A stretch of 39,937 nucleotides of DNA from a virus (lineage: Duplodnaviria > Caudoviricetes): positions 1-39,937 of the IMG/VR virus record IMGVR_UViG_3300042310_000377, one strand, 5' to 3'. Shown here one piece after another: positions 8,379 to 15,684 of this stretch (position 1 is its first letter; every line of letters starts with the position of its first letter). The position numbers were made by a program, and so were the translations under genes. The notes beneath the pieces are model-generated. The model saw nothing but the letters and a program-made list of their open reading frames with translations, did no database searches and had not been told where the DNA came from.

Positions 8379-8741
8379 ATGAAACACTATCAAGCATCAG
8401 TCAGAGCAATCGGCGGAGCAATCATCCGACTCACAGTCAAAGCGCCAGACCAGCGGCTGGCTTTGGCATCGGTCAAGAGGAAGGACAACATCGAGAGCGT
8501 ACTTTCCATCACGGAAGTTGAAGCGCCGGCGAGCATGGCCGCAGCGAACAAGCGGTTCTGGGTGGTTCAGGCAAAAAACATGGCTGGCAACTCTATTGAG
8601 CTTTTCGTTTCAGCCAGTAGCCAGGCCAACGTGCGGACAAAAATGGAGATGCACAGCCAGTGCGCGCACATCGTCCGCATCGACGAGACATGCGAAAGCG
8701 ACTGGCTCAAGCGCAAGAAAGCGCAAAAAACTTTGGCATAA
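8379..8741 (+). CDS. Hypothetical protein with two ~45-aa repeats
   Basis: Internal duplication visible by eye. Confidence 0.65.
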   Translation: MKHYQASVRAIGGAIIRLTVKAPDQRLALASVKRKDNIESVLSITEVEAPASMAAANKRFWVVQAKNMAGNSIELFVSASSQANVRTKMEMHSQCAHIVRIDETCESDWLKRKKAQKTLA

Positions 8742-8859
8742 ACGGCGAGAGTGCCAAAAGGCCGAGGGGGAACGGACCTCCTATATTGAAGGCGACCCGG
8801 CGCCTTGGCTATCCGCCGACCGGGACAATTTTTACACAACAACATATTATCACAACACC

Positions 8860-9648
8860 ATGATTCCAAAACTGATGACAATCACGCCAGCAATTGCTGC
8901 AAAACTGCTTGAAAACAATCCAAAAAACAGGCCGCTTAGTCATATGCTAATCGCTCGATTAGCAAAAGAAATGAGAGAAGGCAGATGGAAGGTGAATGGT
9001 GACATGATTCGCCTTACGGGATATAATGGCAAAGGAAACATAATTGATGGGCAACATCGCTTAAACGCCGTTATCAAATCTGGCGTTACCATTCAATCAT
9101 GGGTCATGGGAGGCTTGCCTGAAGATGTTTTTAACACAATTGATTCTGGCAAGATTCGCAATGCCTCAGACACACTATTTTGCGATGGTGAAAAATCATC
9201 AAGATCATTATCGGCAGCATTAATAATGGTTGATCAATACGTTCACAGGAAATTTAACTTTTCGCACAAATACACAAATGCTCAGGTTCAGGAACTTCTT
9301 GAGGTTCATCCTGATCTTAGAAATTACCTTCGTTCACAAAAAACGCCCGTAATGCCTCCTTCTATTTTTCATGCTTGCTATTATCTTTTTGCAAGAAGGG
9401 ATCGAGCTTTAGCCGAAAACTTTGCTGATTCCATTGTCGATGGATTAGGGCTTAAACCTAAAGATCCATTTTATGTTTTAAGAGAGCTTTTTCTAAAAAG
9501 CCGGACAGGAAGCGCCCGCATTACAAAGCCAAACATTTTTGCATTTTGCATTTTGGCGTGGAATTTTGCAAGAGATGGCAAAAAAATAAGCGTATTGAGA
9601 TTAAACATTGTTGATGGAAAACTTATAGAGTTTCCTAGCATTAAATAA
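8860..9648 (+). CDS. ParB/Srx-like N-terminal domain protein (DGQHR motif)
   Basis: ITPAIAAKLLENN..NRPL, IIDGQHRLNA; AT-rich relative to the genome. Confidence 0.75.
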   Translation: MIPKLMTITPAIAAKLLENNPKNRPLSHMLIARLAKEMREGRWKVNGDMIRLTGYNGKGNIIDGQHRLNAVIKSGVTIQSWVMGGLPEDVFNTIDSGKIRNASDTLFCDGEKSSRSLSAALIMVDQYVHRKFNFSHKYTNAQVQELLEVHPDLRNYLRSQKTPVMPPSIFHACYYLFARRDRALAENFADSIVDGLGLKPKDPFYVLRELFLKSRTGSARITKPNIFAFCILAWNFARDGKKISVLRLNIVDGKLIEFPSIK

Positions 9649-9680
9649 TCCTGGACCACGGCAAAACGACGCCCGGCGCG

Positions 9681-9713
9681 GCAAGGCAAGAGCAAGGCAT
9701 GAGCAAGGCAAGG
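9681..9713 (+). repeat. Three tandem 11-mers GCAAGGCAWGR
   Basis: GCAAGGCAAGA GCAAGGCATGA GCAAGGCAAGG. Confidence 0.8.
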
Positions 9714-9759
9714 AACAAGGGCGGGCACATCCGCAAGAACAACAAACCAACACAACAAC

Positions 9760-9978
9760 ATGGACAGCGAATCACTACACTCCAACGCATTGATGAACTA
9801 TGCCGGGCTGCTTTACTCGGCCTACATGAAGGAGGCACGCGCGCACCACAACATGACCACGCCTACTTGGGCGGACTTTGTCTGCGACCCGCTCAACAAG
9901 GTGAGCGTGTTCTGCTGGGTCGAGGTCGCACGGGTGGCACTGAAGATTGAGACGGAGGTGCGAGATGCGCAGTTATGA
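9760..9978 (+). CDS. Hypothetical protein
   Basis: A/C-rich leader; coupled to the next gene. Confidence 0.6.
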   Translation: MDSESLHSNALMNYAGLLYSAYMKEARAHHNMTTPTWADFVCDPLNKVSVFCWVEVARVALKIETEVRDAQL

Positions 9979-10160
9979 GTGACCAAACCCAACCTCAGAG
10001 GTGCAGCGATTGCGTGAACTTTTGGAAAAGTGACGCTTCTCCACTCGGCAGATGCACTGTCGCCTTGCCTTGGTGGGCCGACCACGCGATGGAGCCGCTG
10101 CATCGAAAAGGCGACGAGGAAGAGTTCTGCGAATGCTTTGAACCAAAACCTAGACCATGA
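9975..10160 (+). CDS. Small 4-Cys (Zn-binding-like) protein, family A
   Basis: CSDC...GRCTVALPWW...CECF. Confidence 0.7.
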   Translation: MSDQTQPQRCSDCVNFWKSDASPLGRCTVALPWWADHAMEPLHRKGDEEEFCECFEPKPRP

Positions 10161-10336
10161 ACGACAAACAAAAACCCAAGTGTTGCAGCGAGTGCATACA
10201 CTTTAAACAATCCCTGCCATATGCGTGGGGAAAATGCACAGTGGATCTTCCTTGGTGGATTGAATGGCACGATACAACAATTCACCCGCCGGAAAGAAAG
10301 GCCGAGGAATGCGAATGCTTCACCCCCAAACCATAA
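10157..10336 (+). CDS. 59-aa 4-Cys protein, tandem paralogue of the previous gene (not in track)
   Basis: MNDKQKPKCCSECIHF...GKCTVDLPWW...CECFTPKP. Confidence 0.75.
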   Translation: MNDKQKPKCCSECIHFKQSLPYAWGKCTVDLPWWIEWHDTTIHPPERKAEECECFTPKP

Positions 10337-10338
10337 CC

Positions 10339-10572
10339 ATGGGCACCTACTACACAACAGACGAGAACAACAAGGTCAACGGCATCATGACGCTGGCGAA
10401 CATCTACCAGTTTAAGGGTTTTACCTTTGAATCACACCGCTACCTCGGGCCTCAAAGGCTGAAAAAGAACTTTGACCCTGCTTCCCGCATGGGCCGCAAG
10501 TTCTTTCAGGTTTACGACGAATGGAATAAGCTCACGCCGGAAGAGAAACAGAAAACCCAAATTAGAGGATGA
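10339..10572 (+). CDS. Hypothetical protein
   Basis: Packed ORF with ACC-ATG start. Confidence 0.6.
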   Translation: MGTYYTTDENNKVNGIMTLANIYQFKGFTFESHRYLGPQRLKKNFDPASRMGRKFFQVYDEWNKLTPEEKQKTQIRG

Positions 10573-10763
10573 CCACACCAACACCACGCACTGATGCCGT
10601 CTGGAACGCGAACACCGACATCGAAGGCTGCATCACCAATATTGAGCCGATCTACGTTGAAATGGCCAAGATGGAAGAAGAGATCAGTTTCCTACGCTTC
10701 CGGCTGCTTGTGTTGCAGTGCAAGACCGGACCGGCGACGACGCAGAAATACGCACTTAACTAG
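10569..10763 (+). CDS. Hypothetical protein (TPRTD-start phage type)
   Basis: MTTPTPRTDA start; ATGA coupling. Confidence 0.6.
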   Translation: MTTPTPRTDAVWNANTDIEGCITNIEPIYVEMAKMEEEISFLRFRLLVLQCKTGPATTQKYALN

Positions 10764-10765
10764 CC

Positions 10766-10990
10766 ATGATCACGAAACAAGCACTCATCGACATCATGAT
10801 CCAGCAACAGGAGACGATCAATCTCCTGCGGGACACGGCTAGGCACAACTATCTGGTCGATTCTACCGCTATTGAATGGACCGAGGCGTTAAAGGAGTGC
10901 TGGAAGAAGCGGGCCGAAAAAGCCGAGGACGAGCTAATCGACCTCAAACTTTTTGGAAAAAGGCAACAACACCCACCACCACAACTATGA
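10766..10990 (+). CDS. Hypothetical protein
   Basis: Packed ORF. Confidence 0.6.
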   Translation: MITKQALIDIMIQQQETINLLRDTARHNYLVDSTAIEWTEALKECWKKRAEKAEDELIDLKLFGKRQQHPPPQL

Positions 10991-11238
10991 CCACACCAGC
11001 AATGGCCGACCGCATCGAGATCCTCACCAAGATCCGTGACACCAAATACAACCTTCTTAACTTGGACAGGTACTTGGATCACCTCCTTGATCGGTCCAAC
11101 AAGGAGCGCAGTACGGAGGACGACGAAGCCGTTACCGAGATGTTTGCCGAAATTGCATACAACATTATGAAGGCTTGGCGCGGGGCACAAGAATTCGACA
11201 AGATGCTCAGAGAGGAGGAGGGGAAACCACAACCATGA
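10987..11238 (+). CDS. Hypothetical protein
   Basis: ATGA-coupled ORF. Confidence 0.6.
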   Translation: MTTPAMADRIEILTKIRDTKYNLLNLDRYLDHLLDRSNKERSTEDDEAVTEMFAEIAYNIMKAWRGAQEFDKMLREEEGKPQP

Positions 11239-11585
11239 CCCCAATCTCTGACACCGTTCAAGCGGCTATCTATTTTGCAAAATACAAGGAGTCAACGTTA
11301 TCGGAGTATTGCTGGGCCTCAGATAAAATGGAGCGCGAACTAACGGATCAAGACAAGGACCGCGTATCGCCGCAACTGGCAGCCGCCGCCCGAATTCTGG
11401 CTGCGGAAGTCGAGCGGTTGCGCGGGGAACAACAACAAAAGCCCGACTATGTTTCCAGTTGCTGCCAAGCCAAAGCTGAGACCGGTGAGCGCAAAACTCC
11501 GGGAGCGAAGTGCTGGTTTTGGTGCACACTCTGCGAAAAACCATGCAGCATCGTTTTTGCAGACGACAAAACAGCAAAACCATGA
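11235..11585 (+). CDS. Hypothetical protein with C-terminal Cys-rich domain (family B)
   Basis: SSCCQA...CWFWCTLCEKPC. Confidence 0.65.
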   Translation: MTPISDTVQAAIYFAKYKESTLSEYCWASDKMERELTDQDKDRVSPQLAAAARILAAEVERLRGEQQQKPDYVSSCCQAKAETGERKTPGAKCWFWCTLCEKPCSIVFADDKTAKP

Positions 11586-11728
11586 CAAAACACCCAACCT
11601 GCTTTACCTGCAAACACTGGTCATTCCTGCATCCGTGCGAAGGCTGGTGCAATTTTCACAATCGCATTATTTCGGCGGGCGAGATTTGTGAGAATTATTC
11701 CTTTGTTAAATTAGAAACACAATCATGA
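11582..11728 (+). CDS. Small 4-Cys protein
   Basis: CFTCKHW...GWC...CENY. Confidence 0.6.
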   Translation: MTKHPTCFTCKHWSFLHPCEGWCNFHNRIISAGEICENYSFVKLETQS

Positions 11729-11934
11729 CCACCGTTCGTCTAAAAACGCTTTGCACACGATGCCAAAATCCTTTGGATTGCGACTGGCCAGCCGAGATGA
11801 CCTTTGGTGGCCAGTCTTGCACAGCTCAAGAATACATGGCCAAAACATTGAGGTCAGATTACGTGGGTGTTTTCTGCGACACCTGCCTTGAAAAAATGAT
11901 GGACGTTAAATTGGAGGATCTACTTTGGAACTAA
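11725..11934 (+). CDS. Small CxxC...CxxC protein
   Basis: CTRC and CDTC. Confidence 0.6.
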   Translation: MTTVRLKTLCTRCQNPLDCDWPAEMTFGGQSCTAQEYMAKTLRSDYVGVFCDTCLEKMMDVKLEDLLWN

Positions 11935-11939
11935 ACACT

Positions 11940-12215
11940 ATGGGTACTATTACAAACAAAACGCAAATCTCAGTTTGCGACAACGAAGGGTCGAGTGGCT
12001 TGAACGCGCAGATTATTCTAAACGGTTATGCTGCGGATTTATTTCTATGGGGCCATTCCCCTTACTTAGCTCGCAAAAAAGACGAGTGGAGTCTGCGCAT
12101 TGTTCTTGTGCCAAACGAGGCTTACGAAAAAACGTTGCAAGACGATGACTATGAAATCATTGGGAAACTTTCAGACATCGTAAAATTTTACGAGCAATCG
12201 AAAACACAACCATGA
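11940..12215 (+). CDS. Hypothetical protein
   Basis: Packed ORF. Confidence 0.55.
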   Translation: MGTITNKTQISVCDNEGSSGLNAQIILNGYAADLFLWGHSPYLARKKDEWSLRIVLVPNEAYEKTLQDDDYEIIGKLSDIVKFYEQSKTQP

Positions 12216-12388
12216 CCAAAACACCTCAAGAAAAGCACTCGCAAGGCTACGCTTATTCCAAGTGCTGCCAAGCTCCAACCACCACAGCAGGATACAAAAG
12301 TCCGGGCTCTACCTGCTGGTATGTGTGCACCGACTGCCGCAAGCCCTGCGACATCTTTTTCCGCAACGACGAGACACCACAACCATGA
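12212..12388 (+). CDS. 58-aa Cys-rich protein, family B (not in track)
   Basis: SKCCQA...CWYVCTDCRKPCDIFF; ATGA-coupled on both sides. Confidence 0.75.
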   Translation: MTKTPQEKHSQGYAYSKCCQAPTTTAGYKSPGSTCWYVCTDCRKPCDIFFRNDETPQP

Positions 12389-13053
12389 CCACCACTACCA
12401 CCTACAACGCAATCGTCGCCATCGACAAGCAAGGCCGCATCGGTCGCAACGGCAAACTTCCATGGAGCAGTCCGGCGGACATGCGGCACTTTGCCAGCCG
12501 CACCAAGTATGCGACGCTTTTAATGGGCCGCAAGACTTTTGACTCACTGCCTTCGCTGCTGCACTTTCGGCATCATGTTGTGCTGAGCAGAGACCCGAGA
12601 CCCAACAACAAAGACGTGACATTTGTCACAGGCACAGAGGGCGCGCAGACCGCCTGCGCCCGCAAGGGCGGCAGCGTCTGGGTCATTGGCGGCGCCGAGA
12701 TCTACAAGCAATTCTTGCCGCTGTGCGAGTCCATCCTCGTCACGCACATCAACTCAAGCTGCGATATGCGACACGATTCGGACGTGTTCATGCCGGAATG
12801 GCAAGACCAGTTCCCGCACTCTGATCCGCAGCTCAGCGAGGACGGGCTAAACATAGTGCGCTACTGGCGCGGCAAAAGCGTGGAGGAGAAAATCATCGAG
12901 CAAATCCGAGCGCGCCAAGCAGCCGGCGCTTTGAAGTACGGAACCACGATGCGGCGCGACGACTTGAGCGTGGGCGATTGGCTTCAGCACGCAAAAGAGG
13001 AAATGCTTGATGCTGCAATTTACTTGCAGAAGCTGCAAGACGTTCAGGCTTAA
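12385..13053 (+). CDS. folA: Dihydrofolate reductase fused to a MazG-like helical domain
   Basis: AIVAID..GRIG..GKLPW..PADMRHF, LMGRKTFDSL, VIGGAEIY; C-terminal GALKYGTT.RRDDL....WLQHAKEEMLDAAIY. Confidence 0.85.
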   Translation: MTTTTTYNAIVAIDKQGRIGRNGKLPWSSPADMRHFASRTKYATLLMGRKTFDSLPSLLHFRHHVVLSRDPRPNNKDVTFVTGTEGAQTACARKGGSVWVIGGAEIYKQFLPLCESILVTHINSSCDMRHDSDVFMPEWQDQFPHSDPQLSEDGLNIVRYWRGKSVEEKIIEQIRARQAAGALKYGTTMRRDDLSVGDWLQHAKEEMLDAAIYLQKLQDVQA

Positions 13054-13083
13054 CTCAAGACAGACTAGAACAAGCTAAACACC

Positions 13084-13611
13084 ATGAAGGATAAACCATT
13101 ATCAAGACAACGCCTCCACCAGCTTAACATGCAAAGGCTAAACAGGTGCGCGTCGTGCGGGAAAAAAATGCACCGTGTACTGCGGACGTGCGCGCCATGC
13201 ATGGAGAAAAGCAATTTACGAACGAGAGAGAGAAAAGGCTATAATGCGAAAGTCCATGGCGGACCGGGAAGACCAAGGAAATGCCTAGACGAAACAGGCA
13301 CCCAAGCAGTCAGCGAGGTGATTTTGATCATGTCAAAAGCCGATTACACTTTAACCAATCGCGAACTGTCTTATTCTTTGGGCGTTAGTGAGAACACTGT
13401 TAAAAAGTATCGTAAAGTCTACGGGCAAGATGCAGTGATTGCGGATAAGACAGATCCTGCATCGGTCATGGCCAACGCTGATTATTCGCTCACCGACAAG
13501 GAACTCGTTTACTCAATGCGGGTATCAAAACCGACCGTGGAGAAATACAGGAAGATCTATGCGCCGGAGACTGTAAAGCCGCCCCGGCCATATGTTAGAA
13601 AGCAGAAGTGA
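13084..13611 (+). CDS. DNA-binding protein: CxxC/CxxC, AT-hook, two tandem HTH-like repeats
   Basis: CASC, CAPC, GPGRPRK, and 2x ADYxLTxxEL.YS..VS..TV.KYRK.Y. Confidence 0.65.
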   Translation: MKDKPLSRQRLHQLNMQRLNRCASCGKKMHRVLRTCAPCMEKSNLRTRERKGYNAKVHGGPGRPRKCLDETGTQAVSEVILIMSKADYTLTNRELSYSLGVSENTVKKYRKVYGQDAVIADKTDPASVMANADYSLTDKELVYSMRVSKPTVEKYRKIYAPETVKPPRPYVRKQK

Positions 13612-13653
13612 ATTCTGATATAAATTTTCCCTCCCGAACACGAGAACAAAACA

Positions 13654-13680
13654 CCAGAACCAGAGCCAGAACCAGAACCA
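13654..13680 (+). repeat. (CCAGAR)4 hexamer repeat in the leader of the replication operon
   Basis: CCAGAA CCAGAG CCAGAA CCAGAA CCA. Confidence 0.8.
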
Positions 13681-13684
13681 TACC

Positions 13685-14419
13685 ATGAACGAGCTAATTC
13701 TAAGCACAAAATCACGCGAATACGCGCCTCACCCTGAAACGCAGGGACTTATCAAAGGCGTCATCGTGGACGTGACCCCACTAAAAATGATGACCACGAA
13801 ATTCGGAGACAAGAACGTCTTCAAGATCGTCTACGAGACCGAGCACATCGACACAAATGGCCGCTGCGGGCTTATGTTCAGTGCACCCTACAGTCCAAGC
13901 CTGCACGAGAAGTCATCGCTTAGGCGCGATCTGAAGAAGATCCGTGGGCGTGACCTGACCGCCGAGGAGGAACGAGAGTTTCGACTTGAAGAGATTTTGC
14001 TGGGCTTTCCCGTCCAACTGATTGTCACGCATGAACTGAAGGGAGACCGCACATATGCGCAGATCAGCTTCATGCAGCCAGACAAGTCCGGCGATCCGTT
14101 GAAGCCGTCCGGCAGCTACGTTCGAGTAAAGGACAAGCCCGAAAAGGAGGCAGGCGGCACCTACCGCAAAGCCTCGGATGTGCAAGATGACGACTCCGCC
14201 GGCCGGGAGGACTGGCAGAAGGTGAAAGTGCACATTGGCAAGTACGCAGGACAGGAAGTCGGCGATCTGCCTGCGGATGCCATCATGGCGCTGCACGATA
14301 AATGGATTCCCAGCATCGACCCAGTGAAGCCAAAAGCCGACGACAAGCGGCTCGACGCAGCAATCAAGCAGGCCGTGGCAATTCTTAACGCTCAAAACTC
14401 AACCACCGAGCTATTTTGA
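13685..14419 (+). CDS. Phage SSB-like/replication protein (NGO0469-like OB fold)
   Basis: SLHEKSSLRRDL..IRGR.LT...LLG.PVQL.V.H motif; context. Confidence 0.55.
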   Translation: MNELILSTKSREYAPHPETQGLIKGVIVDVTPLKMMTTKFGDKNVFKIVYETEHIDTNGRCGLMFSAPYSPSLHEKSSLRRDLKKIRGRDLTAEEEREFRLEEILLGFPVQLIVTHELKGDRTYAQISFMQPDKSGDPLKPSGSYVRVKDKPEKEAGGTYRKASDVQDDDSAGREDWQKVKVHIGKYAGQEVGDLPADAIMALHDKWIPSIDPVKPKADDKRLDAAIKQAVAILNAQNSTTELF

Positions 14420-15093
14420 AAACCTGCCTTTTTGACATCGAAACTGGCGCCTTGCCGCTGGATCAGATCCAGCACCTGTGCCCCGAGTTCAAGGCGCCGG
14501 CCAATTACAAGGACGCCGCCAAGATCGCCGAGAACATTGCTGAGCAGAAAGCTACGTGGATCGAGCGCGGCGCCTTGTCCGCATTAACTGGGCGGGTGCT
14601 TGCAATCGGACTGCGCACGGATGGCGTGACTACCATCCTGCAGGACGAGGACGAAGCCAAGAACCTGCGCGCGTTCTGGACGTGGCTGGAAGACCGAGTG
14701 CGGGAACGGCGGGCGGTTGTCGGATTCAACTCCAACAAGTTCGACATTCCTTTCCTTACACGCAGGAGCTGGGCACACGGTATCGCTATCCCGTCCGGCG
14801 TTTACATGACTCGCGGCTACGTGAATCAGAGCGTGTTTATTGACCTAGCACTAGAATGGCAATGCGGAGATCGGATGGAGTGGGTAAAGCTAGACACAGT
14901 TTGCCGCTTCTTCGGTCTTTCCGGAAAAAACGGAAATGGCAAGGAGTTTGCCGGTCTGTGGGTAAACGACAGGGCCAAGGCTCTGGAGTACCTCAACAAC
15001 GACATGGCCATTACTGCAAAAGTGATGGAGCGGATGCTCAGCATCTCCGAGGCGCCAACGCCTGCACCCGTGGCCGCTGACCTCGACTACTAG
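14416..15093 (+). CDS. DEDD 3'-5' exonuclease (PolB-exo-like)
   Basis: FDIET, GFNSNKFDIPFL, YLNND; TTG start. Confidence 0.85.
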   Translation: MKTCLFDIETGALPLDQIQHLCPEFKAPANYKDAAKIAENIAEQKATWIERGALSALTGRVLAIGLRTDGVTTILQDEDEAKNLRAFWTWLEDRVRERRAVVGFNSNKFDIPFLTRRSWAHGIAIPSGVYMTRGYVNQSVFIDLALEWQCGDRMEWVKLDTVCRFFGLSGKNGNGKEFAGLWVNDRAKALEYLNNDMAITAKVMERMLSISEAPTPAPVAADLDY

Positions 15094-15096
15094 GCC

Positions 15097-15519
15097 ATGA
15101 CCATGAAAGAAATCGCGGCTGCTCAAGCAGCCGCTGCGGCGGATGCTCAAAAAAAAACGCCGCCGCTCGTTTTGGGCGTCTTGCATCCCGTCCCGTCAAG
15201 GCCGAGGGAGTTACCGACACGACCAGAACGAGCACCTTTGCACCAGTTGCCATGCGAAGAAGATCGACTACTGGCAACGGAGAACCTGACCGACGTGATT
15301 CCCAACTTCCCGCCGAAGAGCACGGAAGCGGAGAAGTTGTGGCAACAAGCCTGCCTCCTGCCTCACAGCAACCTGGGGATTATCATGGCACATTCGAGCC
15401 AGACCGCGTGGATCGCGTGTTGTCGGATTGGGAAGCCGCCATTGCTTCTCTTTCCACTCCCGATGCTGGGCCGCCTTCCAGAAATGCCGCTCGACCCGCT
15501 GCTCCCGCCGGAACAGTGA
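15097..15519 (+). CDS. Hypothetical proline-rich protein
   Basis: Packed ORF. Confidence 0.5.
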   Translation: MTMKEIAAAQAAAAADAQKKTPPLVLGVLHPVPSRPRELPTRPERAPLHQLPCEEDRLLATENLTDVIPNFPPKSTEAEKLWQQACLLPHSNLGIIMAHSSQTAWIACCRIGKPPLLLFPLPMLGRLPEMPLDPLLPPEQ

Positions 15520-15521
15520 CG

Positions 15522-15683
15522 ATGGCAGAAATCGCGTGGTTCCATCAAGTCAACAAACGGATGGATCTTATACCTCCCGCTTACTGCCAGACCTGCTGGG
15601 TCCGGTGGAATAAGCAACTTTGGCCGTCCTCGTGCGTGTGCACGGGGGCGGTTTCTTTGCAGTTCAGCAGCCCACGATTTTAA
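15522..15683 (+). CDS. Small Cys-containing hypothetical protein
   Basis: Fills the gap; CQTC, CVC. Confidence 0.4.
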   Translation: MAEIAWFHQVNKRMDLIPPAYCQTCWVRWNKQLWPSSCVCTGAVSLQFSSPRF

Positions 15684-15684
15684 C

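Noticed and set aside
8518-8859. Long N-terminal extensions in the ORF track (8518, 12262, 25718, 27932, 30372, 31833)
   Set aside because: They overlap upstream genes or terminators; downstream ATGs fit domain boundaries and initiation motifs better
8860-9648. DndB/phosphorothioate or ParABS system from the DGQHR motif
   Set aside because: No dnd genes or ParA; stand-alone ParB-like proteins are common in phages
9681-9720. CRISPR-like array from short repeats (also 13654-13680)
   Set aside because: Tandem 6-11-mers without spacers; no cas genes
14432-14437. Other TTGACA hexamers (14432, 22798, 319) and TTGTCA at 30376 as late motifs
   Set aside because: They lack Y|AWG at the fixed distance (319 has a 16-nt spacer; 30376 has a 15-nt spacer and a mismatch); my scan was by eye and not exhaustive
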